NCBI GenBank assembly: GCA_963724295.1
Contig: CAVRUC010000007.1
Span: forward strand, 192,001 to 256,000
DNA: 64,000 nucleotides
Reading direction: 5' to 3'
Source of the DNA: an uncultured Chloroflexia bacterium
Lineage (GTDB): Bacteria; Chloroflexota; Chloroflexia; Thermomicrobiales; UBA6265
A program made the position numbers and the translations under genes. The notes under the pieces were generated by a model. That model was not told the DNA's origin and did no database searches. It saw only the letters and a list, made by a program, of their open reading frames with translations. This document shows positions 50,823-61,706 of this stretch, piece after piece (within the stretch, counting starts at the first letter, position 1; each line of letters opens with the position of its first letter).

Positions 50823-51716
50823 ATGGCTCAGACCCCGCAATCGGAAGAAACTGGAGGCACCGGCGACACAGCCGCTACGGGCCCAGCGGGTCCCCAGGGT
50901 TTCTTTGGAAGTTCGACAACGATCCTGCTGATTATTTTTGCCGTGGCGGTATTCTGGTGGAATCGGCGCCGACGCGTTGCGATGGAGGAACAACTCCGAG
51001 CACAGCGTCGCGAGGCAGAGGCCACGGCTGAGCGCTCAGCGCTCGACGTGGCGAATCTGATGCGAGCGGCGCCGCGACCAGGAGAGCGGGCCGCGGCCGC
51101 CAGCGAGGGACTCGCCTCAGCGGCGCCAATGCCGTCTGCTCTGAGCCAGGAGTTGACTACAGAAGAGACGGCCGAAGCCCGACCCGTTGGTCCAGACGAG
51201 GCTCCGGATCCTGTTGTCAGGGCTGAAGCGCAGGCCCGTGAAATCGAGCGTGCGGAGGGCCGTGCCGCGGCTGAGCGCGCCGCCGAGGAACAATCTGCGC
51301 GTGCGGCGCGGGGCGCGCAGAAGACAGGGGAATCGGTCGAGCGGCGTATGGCCGCGGCCTCGTCGGCTGCCGAGGAGGCCGCGGCCGACACGACGGACGC
51401 CGCTCAGCTGGGTCAGACCGCTGCCGTCCCGGTGGTGGGTGGGCTTGAACGAGAGGCTGCCGACGCCCAGGTTGCAACCGGGAAACCTCGCATTGATTCC
51501 GTCATGCCGGCGGGCGCTGTTGCTGGAAATGGCACCGCGATTTGTCCTCCGGATTACCCAATAAAGGGGAACCGCCAGTCGCGCATTTACCATCGGCCTG
51601 GCCAGATTTCCTATCCGACCACGGTCGCGGAGTACTGCTTTGCATCGGAAGAGGCAGCTGAATCGGCTGGTTTTCGGCAATCTCGGGCGCGCGGACAGCG
51701 AAATCAACCTCAATAG
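50823..51716 (+). CDS. Single-TM protein with an Ala/Glu-rich linker and a small C-terminal IKGN...IYH domain
   Basis: TM segment ILLIIFAVAVFWW; C-terminal CPPDYPIKGNRQSRIYH...FASEEAAESAGFR. Confidence 0.75.
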   Translation: MAQTPQSEETGGTGDTAATGPAGPQGFFGSSTTILLIIFAVAVFWWNRRRRVAMEEQLRAQRREAEATAERSALDVANLMRAAPRPGERAAAASEGLASAAPMPSALSQELTTEETAEARPVGPDEAPDPVVRAEAQAREIERAEGRAAAERAAEEQSARAARGAQKTGESVERRMAAASSAAEEAAADTTDAAQLGQTAAVPVVGGLEREAADAQVATGKPRIDSVMPAGAVAGNGTAICPPDYPIKGNRQSRIYHRPGQISYPTTVAEYCFASEEAAESAGFRQSRARGQRNQPQ

Positions 51717-51827
51717 CGCCGAAGCGGAGCGGTGGCCCTCCACGCATGTCTGCTCGGGCCGGCCTCCAGCACGACTTTGGATGCACTGGGATTCGCAACC
51801 AGTAGACCCGGAGGCAAGTAGGTACCG

Positions 51828-52952
51828 ATGATGCCAGCACTAGCCCAGATCCGGGCCGTTGTATTGAACGAGTTCAACGCCCCTCTTGAGCTCGAATCGG
51901 CACCGCTGCCCGAGCCCGGTCCAGGCGCGGTCGTTGCCCACGTCGATCTTGCCGGCGTGTGTGGAACGGACGTCCATCTCCACCATGGCCATCTCCCGAT
52001 GGCCCTCCCGATCGTGCTCGGCCATGAGGGAGTTGGGCGCGTCTGGCGCCTCGGCGAAGGAGTGGCTACGGATTTCTCAGGTAATCCTCTGCGCGATGGC
52101 GATGCTATCGCCTGGTCTTCGAACATCCCTTGCGGCCAGTGCTACTGGTGCGTCGTCGCCGGTCAGCGCACCCTCTGCGAGACTCGCAAGGTTTACGGTG
52201 TCAATCAGCGCTTCGATGAATTTCCGCGGCTCTCCGGTGGATGGGCTGAGGCGATCTACCTTCAACCCGGCTCGGCGATCTTTCGGCTGCCTGACAACCT
52301 GTCTCCCGAGGAGATGATTGCCCTCGGTTGTGCGGGTCCGACCGCCATCCATGGGGTGATCGAGGTAGCCAGGATTACTGCCGGTGACACGGTCGTGGTC
52401 CAAGGGAGCGGACCAGTAGGAATCGCGTCCGCGATGTACGCGCACCTTGCCGGCGCTTCGCGCGTGATCCTGGTGGGCGGGCCTTCCAGCCGGCTCGATC
52501 TGGCGAGGGAGATCGGCGTCGGTGACGTCCACGTTGACATCTTTGAGTTTCCAGACGCCGGCGAACGGGTGCGACTCGTCGCGGATGCGACGCCGGGGCA
52601 CCGTGGCGCCGACGTCGTTCTGGAGTGTGCTGGTGTGCCCGAAGCGGTGGCCGAGGGCTGGGAGATGGCCCGCCGCGGCGGGACCTTCCTGGCCCTCGGG
52701 CAGTACACGGATCGCGGCCCGGTTCCACTCAATCCTCACCTCATTACACGGAAACAGCTGCGGATCGTCGGATCCTGGGGATTCGCCGAGAAGCACTATC
52801 TCGGACACATCGAGGCGCTGCCGCGACTCGCTGCTCGATTCGATTTGTCCCGACTCATCACTCGCTACGGCCTGGAAGACGCCAACACCGCCTTGCACGA
52901 TATGGGCACGGGTCGCGTCATGAAACCGGTATTCGATCTAATGGAGCACTAG
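51828..52952 (+). CDS. Zinc-dependent medium-chain alcohol dehydrogenase
   Basis: CGTD, GHEG, structural Zn site CGQCYWC...C and GSGPVG. Confidence 0.93.
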   Translation: MMPALAQIRAVVLNEFNAPLELESAPLPEPGPGAVVAHVDLAGVCGTDVHLHHGHLPMALPIVLGHEGVGRVWRLGEGVATDFSGNPLRDGDAIAWSSNIPCGQCYWCVVAGQRTLCETRKVYGVNQRFDEFPRLSGGWAEAIYLQPGSAIFRLPDNLSPEEMIALGCAGPTAIHGVIEVARITAGDTVVVQGSGPVGIASAMYAHLAGASRVILVGGPSSRLDLAREIGVGDVHVDIFEFPDAGERVRLVADATPGHRGADVVLECAGVPEAVAEGWEMARRGGTFLALGQYTDRGPVPLNPHLITRKQLRIVGSWGFAEKHYLGHIEALPRLAARFDLSRLITRYGLEDANTALHDMGTGRVMKPVFDLMEH

Positions 52953-53165
52953 TCGTCGTCCGGGTGCTCGGGGCTGGATCAAGGCCGCTAACCAGACTCG
53001 ACTGGCACCGCGTCGAATTCCCACTGCTCCGTCGGTCGCAGCGCCAAACCCAACTCAAACAACCCGACAGCAAGGACGTGTATACTCGGAGGAGCGTGCA
53101 CGGACATAGTGTTCGTGCATCAAACCAGCCCGACTGGCGTTCTCTGCCCGAGGCTATTTGAGCTC

Positions 53166-55487
53166 ATGGCGACGACTACCCGAACGCGCAGGATGCCCAG
53201 TCGCACCTCATCGAGCGACAGGCGAGCTGGCATCGCGCTGTCGCGTCGACTGGCAGGGATATACGGAGCCGCGCGTACCTCACTGCCGGACATTGCCGGC
53301 ACTCCGCGATTCAGGCGTGAACTGCTCGGTGTGGTCCTGGTGCTCCTGGCTTTACTGAGCGCCTACGTGATCGGCCGCGGTGGGGATGAAGGCCGGCTCG
53401 TTGCCTGGTGGGGTACCAGCCTCGACCGGTCTCTTGGCCGCGCCGCATTCCTGGTACCCGTGCTGATTGCCCTGGCGGCACTTCGGGCATTCGGGGGGCA
53501 ACCGGGCAGAGTGCTGGAGGGACGTCACTACCTCGGTGGCTTTGCTTTTGCCGTGGCTGTTGTCGGTCTTCTCCAGCTTGGCGTCCGCTCAGTGGCAGAG
53601 CCCGCGGGCGGCGCACTGGGGAGCGCGGTCGCGACGCTCGCAGTTCGCATCCTGGGACCGTTCGGCGCGGGACTGGCGCTCTTTGCCGCCGGTGTCCTCG
53701 CGATCTTCCTGCTAGCCGGCAGCGACCTGCAGACATTTTGCAATGACGTGCGCGCGTTGCTCGAGGCAATCTGGCGCTCGATCCGCCTGTTCGTCGCGGC
53801 CCTGGGTGCCGTCGAAGCAAGGGTCCGCCATTTTGGAGCAGCCCTGCGATCGCCGCACAGTGTCGATGCCGAAACCGAAAGAGCGCCGGTTGCTCCGATC
53901 GCTCGCGGCACCACTCCGCGGGTAAAGCCGTCTCAAGCTCAATCCGCCCCTGTCCGCCCGCAGATCTCCGACGAGGTCGGACCTCCTGTGATCAACGTGC
54001 CCACGCGCACGTCGCCGTCGATCGCGTCTCCAGTTGCAAGCCGGCCGGAAGTCCCGGCTCCGCCTCAAAGCCCGCCTGCTCGACCGTTGCCGCTTCCTGA
54101 TATTTCGCAGATGGCGTACTACGACGACGTCGCGCCGGATACCGCGTACCTGCACGCCAAAGCCCGGCTGATCGAAGAGACGCTGTCGAGCTTCAAGGTC
54201 GAGGCCAAGGTCCGCGAGATCAACCCGGGTCCAGCCGTGACGCAGTTCGCGTTGGAACCGGGAAATGGTGTGAAAGTTCGCCGTATCACTGAACTGCAGA
54301 GCGACCTCGCACTGGCCTTGGCCGCGCCAAGCATTCGCATCGAAGCCCCAATTCCCGGGTTCGCCCGCGTTGGTCTGGAAATACCGAACGCGCAGATAGC
54401 GACTGTTGGGCTGCGGGAAACCCTCGAATCACCGTCGTTCAGCAAGGGCAAGCAGAAGCTTCCCATTCCACTCGGTCGCGATGTCAACGGCCGCTACATC
54501 GTCGGTGACTTGACGCGCATGCCACACCTCCTGATCGCGGGCGCTACCGGAGCCGGCAAGAGTGTCTGTCTCAACGCAATTATCTCAACCTTCCTCTCCA
54601 CTCGGTCGCCTGATGACCTCAAGCTGCTCATGATCGATCCCAAGATGGTCGAGTTGACCGGGTACAATGGTGTTCCTCACCTTCAAGCGCCGGTGGTCAC
54701 CGAGATGGATAAGGTCGTCGGGGCGTTGCGGCTCACGCTGCGGGAAATGGAGCGGCGGTACACCCTTTTCTCGAAGCTCGGGGTCCGCAATCTTGACGGG
54801 TACCGCATGAAGATGGCCGACGAAGCGGGTGCGGAGCATCTCCCGTATCTCGTCGTCATCATCGACGAGTTAGCCGATCTCATGATGACGGCTCCGGATG
54901 AGGTGGAAACACTTCTCGTCCGGCTGGCGCAAATGGCGCGAGCGACAGGCATTCATCTGATTATCGCCACGCAACGACCGTCGGTTGACGTGCTTACCGG
55001 TCTCATCAAGGCGAACATCCCCTCGCGCATCGCATTCGCTGTTTCGTCGCTGACCGACAGCCGCGTCATTCTCGATATGCCCGGCGCCGAGCGGTTACTG
55101 GGCAGCGGGGACATGCTTTTCCTACCTCCGGATGCGGCAAAGCCGCAGCGCATCCAGGGCGCGTTTATCGAAGACCGAGACGTCCATTTCATCGTCCAAC
55201 ATTGGTATCGCGTCGCCCCCGTGCCACGATACGCCGCGGAGTGGCTTGACCTTCCGGCCGCGGGCGGGAATGGTGACGATGATCTGGACGGCGAAGAAGA
55301 TCCGCTGTTCGAGCAGGCGCTCTCGATCGTGCGCCAGCAGGGAACAGCGTCTGCGTCGATGCTGCAACGCCGCCTACGCGTTGGTTACAACCGAGCAGCG
55401 CGGCTCATCGAGCGGATGGAAGTGGATGGGATCATCGGTCCGGCGGATGGGATTCGAGGTCGCCCGGTTCTGGTTGGGGAAGATTGA
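53166..55487 (+). CDS. ftsK: DNA translocase FtsK/SpoIIIE
   Basis: N-terminal TMs, PHLLIAGATGAGKS, IIDELADL and gamma domain LQRRLRVGYNRAAR. Confidence 0.96.
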   Translation: MATTTRTRRMPSRTSSSDRRAGIALSRRLAGIYGAARTSLPDIAGTPRFRRELLGVVLVLLALLSAYVIGRGGDEGRLVAWWGTSLDRSLGRAAFLVPVLIALAALRAFGGQPGRVLEGRHYLGGFAFAVAVVGLLQLGVRSVAEPAGGALGSAVATLAVRILGPFGAGLALFAAGVLAIFLLAGSDLQTFCNDVRALLEAIWRSIRLFVAALGAVEARVRHFGAALRSPHSVDAETERAPVAPIARGTTPRVKPSQAQSAPVRPQISDEVGPPVINVPTRTSPSIASPVASRPEVPAPPQSPPARPLPLPDISQMAYYDDVAPDTAYLHAKARLIEETLSSFKVEAKVREINPGPAVTQFALEPGNGVKVRRITELQSDLALALAAPSIRIEAPIPGFARVGLEIPNAQIATVGLRETLESPSFSKGKQKLPIPLGRDVNGRYIVGDLTRMPHLLIAGATGAGKSVCLNAIISTFLSTRSPDDLKLLMIDPKMVELTGYNGVPHLQAPVVTEMDKVVGALRLTLREMERRYTLFSKLGVRNLDGYRMKMADEAGAEHLPYLVVIIDELADLMMTAPDEVETLLVRLAQMARATGIHLIIATQRPSVDVLTGLIKANIPSRIAFAVSSLTDSRVILDMPGAERLLGSGDMLFLPPDAAKPQRIQGAFIEDRDVHFIVQHWYRVAPVPRYAAEWLDLPAAGGNGDDDLDGEEDPLFEQALSIVRQQGTASASMLQRRLRVGYNRAARLIERMEVDGIIGPADGIRGRPVLVGED

Positions 55488-55590
55488 TGTCTGTACGTAC
55501 ACCACGAACGTTCACTGAAGACATGCTAGACTGAAGTGAACGCAGCTGTGTGCGTTTTGACAATAGTGCTCCCCAGAGGTCCTCACGTCG

Positions 55591-56202
55591 ATGTCGCTCT
55601 CACATGGTCCTGCTACCGCCCAACCGGTGGCACGCCTAATCAACGAACTTGCCCGGCTGCCGGGTATCGGACCCAAGACCGCTTCACGGCTCGCATATCA
55701 TCTCCTTCGCGCCTCACGCGACGAGGCAATCTCGCTGGCGGAGGCGATTCTCGACGTCAAGGAGCGGGTACGCCTCTGTTCCATCTGTTTCAACACGACC
55801 GAATCGGACCCGTGCGCGATCTGCGCCGACTCCAGCCGCGATCGGACTATTTGCGCCGTCGAGGAACCGCTCGACGTACTGGCGCTGGAGCGCACCGGTC
55901 AGTTCAAAGGGCGCTACCACGTATTGCATGGAGCTGTTTCACCGGTCGAAGGCATCGGACCCGATCAGCTCAAGATCCGCGAGCTTGTCGAACGTGTTGA
56001 GCGTGAACGTCCCGAGGAAGTGATTGTCGCCACGAATCTCGACTTGCCCGGAGAGGCCACGGCAGCGTACTTACATCGCCTGCTGGCGCCACTGGGGGTC
56101 ACAGTTTCCCGTCCGGCGAGTGGACTTCCCGCCGGGGGCGATCTGGAGTATGCGGACGAGGTCACGCTTGGTCGAGCATTAGTTGGCCGACGCGTGCTCT
56201 AG
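55591..56202 (+). CDS. recR: Recombination mediator RecR
   Basis: LPGIGPKTA HhH, C4 zinc finger, Toprim domain and DLEYADEVTL. Confidence 0.97.
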   Translation: MSLSHGPATAQPVARLINELARLPGIGPKTASRLAYHLLRASRDEAISLAEAILDVKERVRLCSICFNTTESDPCAICADSSRDRTICAVEEPLDVLALERTGQFKGRYHVLHGAVSPVEGIGPDQLKIRELVERVERERPEEVIVATNLDLPGEATAAYLHRLLAPLGVTVSRPASGLPAGGDLEYADEVTLGRALVGRRVL

Positions 56203-56253
56203 CCGGGATACGGCCAAGTGGCGTTGTAGCCGGAGAAGATTCGCGATGGCGAG

Positions 56254-56262
56254 TGGTATAAT
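56254..56262 (+). promoter_or_regulatory. Extended -10 promoter, probably giving a near-leaderless mRNA
   Basis: TGgTATAAT ends 8 nt before the ATG at 56271. Confidence 0.6.
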
Positions 56263-56270
56263 CGCGGTGA

Positions 56271-57422
56271 ATGGCGACGTTTAGCTACGCTTCTGGTCAA
56301 CGCCACGCCGCCCCTCCCGCATGGCTCAATACCGCATTTGACTCCGGGAGCCCGGCGGCTGCCGGGCCCGCAGAACGCTCAATTGCCGACAGCTCGTCTG
56401 ACCTCAGTCATCACCCGACATTGCGTATTCGGCCCTATTCGATCGCCGACATGCCGGCGCTTCTCCGTTTTCCTGGCGTACTTCGCCTCGACGTGCCGGA
56501 TTCGCTGTTGCAAGCGCGGCCCTGGATGCTCGACTTCCCGTCCACCTTGCCAGTCCTGCGAAAAGAGCGCCCGGCCTTCGTAGCCATTGCGGACAGCCAA
56601 CTTGTCGGCTTCGTGCGCTTCTCGCCGCGCAGCCCGGATGGTCGCTGGGTCATCTCGGCCATCGGCGCTTCCACGGGCGTTTACGCACCTGAGCCCGCAT
56701 GGGAGGCATTGCTTGCCCATGGAGTTCGCGCTGCTGGACTACGAGGCGTGAGGAGGCTCTTTGCCCGCGTGCCCGCCGGCCACCCAATCGTCGACACGAT
56801 GCACCAAAGCGGGTGGGTTTCGTACTCGCGGGAGACAGTATTTCGCGCTGAGCGGCTCACACCTGTCGCGCGATCGGGTCGCCATCTGCGCTTGCAGGAG
56901 CCCGCCGACACGTGGGCGATTCACCAGCTGTACGCGGCATCAACGCCGCGCCAGATTCAGGAGATCGAAGCGCTGACGAGTCACATATGGGATATGGAGC
57001 GGTCTCGACGGGCATCGCGCGGCATCCGGCAAACGGGGTGGCTGCTCGAGGAGAATGGCGAGCTTGCTGCCTATGCCCGGTACACGCGGGGATCGCGAGC
57101 TGGCATGATCGATGCGGTTGTCGTCCCTGGGAAGGCCGCACACCTGGGCATGCTGTTGGATGGAGTGATCGCGACGCCAAGGCGGGGACATACTCGGCCA
57201 GTCTACTGTGCACTGCGCGCGTATTTGATGGATTTGCGGGACGAGCTGACCGACCGAGGATTTTCGGCGATCGGTGAACAGGAGCTCCTGATTCGATATA
57301 CGACGGCTACCGCGAGATCCACGCGAGGCGAACCAGTCTATTTCCCGGTTGAACTGCGGCCCGGGATGCCACGTCGCGTGCCGACGTTTCTGGAATCACA
57401 GCCGATGGACGGAAAAATATGA
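56271..57422 (+). CDS. Hypothetical protein with a tandem degenerate GNAT-like fold
   Basis: [14 protein letters not shown] and [13 protein letters not shown] beta patterns; ATGA overlap with the next gene. Confidence 0.65.
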   Translation: MATFSYASGQRHAAPPAWLNTAFDSGSPAAAGPAERSIADSSSDLSHHPTLRIRPYSIADMPALLRFPGVLRLDVPDSLLQARPWMLDFPSTLPVLRKERPAFVAIADSQLVGFVRFSPRSPDGRWVISAIGASTGVYAPEPAWEALLAHGVRAAGLRGVRRLFARVPAGHPIVDTMHQSGWVSYSRETVFRAERLTPVARSGRHLRLQEPADTWAIHQLYAASTPRQIQEIEALTSHIWDMERSRRASRGIRQTGWLLEENGELAAYARYTRGSRAGMIDAVVVPGKAAHLGMLLDGVIATPRRGHTRPVYCALRAYLMDLRDELTDRGFSAIGEQELLIRYTTATARSTRGEPVYFPVELRPGMPRRVPTFLESQPMDGKI

Positions 57423-59215
57423 CGTTGCGAATTACCGACCAAACAGAAGAGTCAGATCTCGACGGGGCTCGGGACTCGAGCAGACCAACATATGAGCTCG
57501 CCAGTACAGACAACCTCGATGTTCTCCTGGCCGTGCTTCCGCCCCGAATCTCAGCGGCCGTTGAAGATGCTGGCCACCAGGGCGGTTACGACAACCTGGT
57601 CGAGATCGTCATGGATCTGGGGCGCATCCCCGAGGCCAGGTTTCAGAGCGGCGAAGTACCTCTGACTGATAGAGAAGTGGATCGCGAAGATCTCGCGTTC
57701 GTTGCCGAACGGATTGGGGCCTTTGGCGGAGACAATCGGGCTGGCATCGAGCGAACCCTGCACCGCATCTCAGCGATCCGCAACCGCTCGGGCGAAATCG
57801 TCGGCCTTACCTGCCGAGTTGGCCGTGCTGTGTTCGGTACGATCGCCATCATGCGTGACCTGATCGAGTCTGGCCAGAGCGTGCTGCTCCTCGGTCGCCC
57901 CGGAGTTGGCAAGACGACCCTCTTGCGGGAAACGGCGCGTGTACTTGCCGACGAGTTGCACAAGCGCGTGGTGGTCGTCGACACATCCAATGAGATCGCC
58001 GGGGATGGCGATATACCTCACCCAGCAATTGGACGGGCTCGGCGCATGCAGGTGCCAACCCCGACGGATCAGCATGGTGTGATGATCGAAGCGGTCGAAA
58101 ACCATATGCCGCAGGTTGTCGTTATTGACGAGATAGGAACCGAGCTGGAGGCGATGGCCGCCCGGACCATCGCGGAACGGGGCGTGCAGCTGATCGGCAC
58201 CGCTCACGGAAACTCGCTCGAAAATCTCATGATGAACCCGACGCTCGCCGACCTCATTGGCGGCATTCAGTCGGTGACGCTGTCCGACGAGGAAGCACGA
58301 CGCCGGGGAACGCAAAAATCGATTCTGGAGCGCAAAGCCCCGCCGACATTCGATACCATCATCGAAATTATCGACCGGGACCAGGTTGCAGTCCACAACG
58401 ACGTTGCTTCCACAGTCGACCTCATCCTCCGGGGGGGTGTTCCTCGGCCCGAGCTGCGTCGCCGGGAAGAAGACGGTGAAGTGGCCATCACCGCCGCGGT
58501 GCGGGTCGACGCCGCCGCTCGGGAAAATGGTCGCGGGCCGGCGCGCGGGACGCCTCGTGATCAGAGCCTGTATAACGGCTTCGTAGCGGGCGAGAACGGG
58601 GATGGCCCGGATAGCCAGGCGAGCGTTCCGACCGCTGCAGGGCCTCTACCGGCGACGCTCAAGCGGCGCGGCACCGACGCGCGGCCGCTGCGCATCTACG
58701 CGTTTGGAGTCAGCCGCAATCGCCTGGAGCACGCGATTGAAGTCTTGCGTGTACCGGCAACGGTGGTCCGCGACGCCCGCGAAGCGGATATCGTACTCAC
58801 GTTGAAGAATTACTTCCGGCAACGAGCGCAGCCGATCCGCGATGCGGAAACGCGCGGCGTTCCGGTCTACGTGCTGCGATCGAATACGGGCGTGCAGATG
58901 GAGCAGCTCCTGTCGACGCTATTTCCTTCCCGGAGCATCGAGGAGAGCCGGACCGCGTCCGAGTGGTCCCGAGCGGAAGCAGACCGTGGACGTTCGGGAC
59001 CGATCCTCGACGATCCACTTCTTGCGGCTATCTCTGAGGCGGAGGAAGCCATTTCCTCGGTAATCGATGGGGGTCCGCCCGTGCAGCTTGCTCCGCAGGT
59101 GTCCCGCATTCGGCAGGTGCAGCACCAGCTCGCGGAACGATATGCGCTGGCATCCCGCAGCCGGGGACGAGAGCCGCACCGGCGAGTGGAGATATCGCGC
59201 GACGGTCCAGGCTAA
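57419..59215 (+). CDS. SpoIIIAA/Ycf45-like AAA ATPase with C-terminal R3H domain
   Basis: [23 protein letters not shown] and RQVQH (R3H) motifs. Confidence 0.9.
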   Translation: MTLRITDQTEESDLDGARDSSRPTYELASTDNLDVLLAVLPPRISAAVEDAGHQGGYDNLVEIVMDLGRIPEARFQSGEVPLTDREVDREDLAFVAERIGAFGGDNRAGIERTLHRISAIRNRSGEIVGLTCRVGRAVFGTIAIMRDLIESGQSVLLLGRPGVGKTTLLRETARVLADELHKRVVVVDTSNEIAGDGDIPHPAIGRARRMQVPTPTDQHGVMIEAVENHMPQVVVIDEIGTELEAMAARTIAERGVQLIGTAHGNSLENLMMNPTLADLIGGIQSVTLSDEEARRRGTQKSILERKAPPTFDTIIEIIDRDQVAVHNDVASTVDLILRGGVPRPELRRREEDGEVAITAAVRVDAAARENGRGPARGTPRDQSLYNGFVAGENGDGPDSQASVPTAAGPLPATLKRRGTDARPLRIYAFGVSRNRLEHAIEVLRVPATVVRDAREADIVLTLKNYFRQRAQPIRDAETRGVPVYVLRSNTGVQMEQLLSTLFPSRSIEESRTASEWSRAEADRGRSGPILDDPLLAAISEAEEAISSVIDGGPPVQLAPQVSRIRQVQHQLAERYALASRSRGREPHRRVEISRDGPG

Positions 59216-59219
59216 TTTC

Positions 59220-59897
59220 TTGTCCGGACTATTCATCGCGTTGGAAGGCGTCGACGGCTCAGGCAAGTCGACGATTGCGAAGCGTCTCGTTCAGGAGCTC
59301 CAGGAAGCGGGCCGGCGGGCGATCCTCACCCGGGAGCCCGGTGGAACGACAACCGGCGAGCAGATCCGCACGGTTCTTCTCGGACAGGGATCGTCGGCAA
59401 TTCTTCCCACAACCGAGATGCTTCTCTTCGCGGCGGCCCGAGCTCAACTCGTCGGGGAGGTGATCGAGCCCGCTCTCCGCGATGGCCTCGTGGTCGTCGC
59501 AGACCGTTTCAGCGACTCCTCACTTGCATATCAGTGGGGCGCCCGCGGTCTGGAGAAAGAAGCGGTCGTCCAGGCGCAGAAACTGGCAACGGGCGGCCTC
59601 GAGCCAGATCTCAAGATTCTGCTTGATTTGCCAGTAGAAGCGGCTGTGCAGCGCCGGATGGCCGACATGCACGAAGTCAATCGGCTGGATCGGGAGGTCG
59701 TTCAATTTCACAGTCGTGTGCGCGGAGCGTACCATTCGCTAGTTGAAGCAGATCCGGCGCGCTGGCGCGTTGTCGATGCAAGTCGTGCTGAAGACGACGT
59801 CTGGTCGGAGGTATGGCACGCGGTCAGTGCACGTGTTTCTCCATCGCAGACCCGAAGCCAGAAGCAAGCTAACGAGGAGCAGCAGAGACCAAAGTGA
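59220..59897 (+). CDS. tmk: Thymidylate kinase
   Basis: FIALEGVDGSGKST, TREPGG and DRFSDSSLAYQ motifs. Confidence 0.95.
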   Translation: MSGLFIALEGVDGSGKSTIAKRLVQELQEAGRRAILTREPGGTTTGEQIRTVLLGQGSSAILPTTEMLLFAAARAQLVGEVIEPALRDGLVVVADRFSDSSLAYQWGARGLEKEAVVQAQKLATGGLEPDLKILLDLPVEAAVQRRMADMHEVNRLDREVVQFHSRVRGAYHSLVEADPARWRVVDASRAEDDVWSEVWHAVSARVSPSQTRSQKQANEEQQRPK

Positions 59898-60232
59898 GAC
59901 TGGTCCTGGCAATTATTCAGTCCGCGGACGCAGAGCCGCTCTTATCGGATCTGGCTGCCATTGGGGCTTCCGCGACGCAAATCGAGGGCGACGCGGCCGT
60001 CGGCAACGCCGGGCTAGCGGCGCTTGTCGTCGGTGTCGATGACGACCAGGTGGCCGATGTCTTGACACTCGTGCGAGCCAGGGCCCGCGGACGTGCCCGA
60101 CGAATCGAGCCGCTTCGCCCGCTTTCGGCGCAGGCAGAATTCTGGATCCCCGGACCGGCCGAGCAGGGCGCCGGCGGAGCCAGCGTTTTTGTGCTGCCGG
60201 TCAGACGGTTCGAGCGTATCGGGTACGCTTAG
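59894..60232 (+). CDS. PII-like DarA/PstA (YaaQ) homologue, degenerate
   Basis: MRLVLAIIQ, GVDDDQV and GGASVFVLPV motifs; directly after tmk, as darA is in Firmicutes. Confidence 0.8.
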   Translation: MRLVLAIIQSADAEPLLSDLAAIGASATQIEGDAAVGNAGLAALVVGVDDDQVADVLTLVRARARGRARRIEPLRPLSAQAEFWIPGPAEQGAGGASVFVLPVRRFERIGYA

Positions 60233-60280
60233 CTTCGATGCGCCAGTGCAACTGACCGGCTTACCAAGGGGACATCGTTC

Positions 60281-61126
60281 GTGATCGAGACTGCCGCACG
60301 AGGCGTTCAATTTCTCCTGGCGATCGGCATTGCCTATCTGGTGGCCCTCTGGTTTGCGCTGGTCGCCTGGACATTTCGGGATATCGAAGCCAGAAGCCGA
60401 AGCGTCTTTACTCAGGTCTTCTCGACACTTCTCGTTGTCCTGTTTTTCGTGCCTGGACTTCTGTTGTATTTGATCCTACGGCCCAAGGAGACGTTGGACC
60501 AGGCATTTCAACGGGCACTGGAAGAGGAGTACTTGCTCCAGGATCTTGACGATTTGCCGCTGTGCCCGGGGTGCCAGCGGACGGTGGACCCAGAGTTTGT
60601 CCTCTGCCCGCACTGCCAGACAGCACTGAGAGGGCCGTGTCCAGCGTGCTCTCGGCTTATCGATCTGCGCTGGCATGTCTGTCCGTATTGCTCGGTGCCG
60701 GTTGACCGGTCTGATCTCAGCATCGCGGCATCCAGCGCGGAAACCGTGCGGATCCTCGAGGACGCGCGGTCTGGCCGGCGCAAGCGAGCGGTGGCGGCGG
60801 CCGCGCAGCGTGTTGGCATCGAGTCTGAAGAGTTAGACGCATTTACCGACGCACTCTCGGGAGCACCTGGGCACCCCGCCGTTGGAGCTGGGGCCGCGGC
60901 ATTGGGGTTCTCCCGTCGCATGTCGTCACTTGCTGAACCGGCACGATTTCGCCGCGGATCGCGCTCACAGGCGGGGGCGCCTGGCGGCAATGAGGAGTCC
61001 GCGCCGCCGGCCGAGACACTGACAAGCCCAGCGGACACGTCGTCGACCGGCGGCCGCAGCGCCGACAACGGGTTCTGGGCTGACTTGTTTCCGGGTTCTG
61101 ACCACACAAAAGACGGGACTCGATAG
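60281..61126 (+). CDS. Membrane protein with a double zinc ribbon
   Basis: Two TM segments, LYLILRPKETL, and CPGC/CPHC/CPAC/CPYC. Confidence 0.85.
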   Translation: MIETAARGVQFLLAIGIAYLVALWFALVAWTFRDIEARSRSVFTQVFSTLLVVLFFVPGLLLYLILRPKETLDQAFQRALEEEYLLQDLDDLPLCPGCQRTVDPEFVLCPHCQTALRGPCPACSRLIDLRWHVCPYCSVPVDRSDLSIAASSAETVRILEDARSGRRKRAVAAAAQRVGIESEELDAFTDALSGAPGHPAVGAGAAALGFSRRMSSLAEPARFRRGSRSQAGAPGGNEESAPPAETLTSPADTSSTGGRSADNGFWADLFPGSDHTKDGTR

Positions 61127-61154
61127 GCCTGTGGTAAAATCGGCCCGATCATAT

Positions 61155-61229
61155 TCCCCGATAGCTCAATGGTAGAGCGCCCGGCTGTTAACCGGTAGGT
61201 TCTAGGTTCGAGTCCTAGTCGGGGAGCCA
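61155..61229 (+). tRNA. tRNA-Asn (GTT)
   Basis: Acceptor stem TCCCCGA/TCGGGGA, anticodon loop CTGTTAA, T-loop TTCGAGT and encoded CCA; TGgTAAAAT upstream. Confidence 0.97.
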
Positions 61230-61280
61230 CACTCCGCGCATGTTCCACAAGCGTGATGCAGCCGTATCCATCGCGGATGA

Positions 61281-61706
61281 TCAGATGGCGTAGTTCGCGC
61301 GCGGTTCCCGATTGGTTTGCCGGTCTACAAGAGTCTGTAGCGTGATCGAGCGGAGCATCCGCTCGTTTTGTTCCTGCATCTCGTGCCAGACCTCGTGCAC
61401 GACGTCAGACGCGCCCAGGCCATCGGGGTGAGGGTGCGTCTTCTGGTCCACGCCGTCCAGCGCCGTCAAGATGGAATGAACGGATATTTCAGACGGTTGC
61501 GTTGACAACTCGTGGCCACCGAGAGGTCCGCGCGTGCTCCTGATCAGCCCAGCCCTGCTCAGGGCTCCCAGAACCTGATGGAGATAGGCTTCCGGGATAT
61601 CCTGCCGGGCGGCGATGTCCTTACTGTGGACGGGCCCCTGCCCGGCTCGCAGGGCGAGCTCAAAGAGCGCCCGGACCCCGTAGTCCGCGCGACTTGAGAC
61701 GCGCAT
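61281..61706 (-). CDS. Rrf2 family transcriptional regulator (no Cys)
   Basis: RADYGVRAL and LIRSTRGPLGGHEL motifs. Confidence 0.92.
   Translation of the reverse strand: MRVSSRADYGVRALFELALRAGQGPVHSKDIAARQDIPEAYLHQVLGALSRAGLIRSTRGPLGGHELSTQPSEISVHSILTALDGVDQKTHPHPDGLGASDVVHEVWHEMQEQNERMLRSITLQTLVDRQTNREPRANYAI

Noticed and set aside
61155..61280. Genomic island integrated at tRNA-Asn
   Set aside because: No integrase and no duplicated tRNA 3' end were seen.
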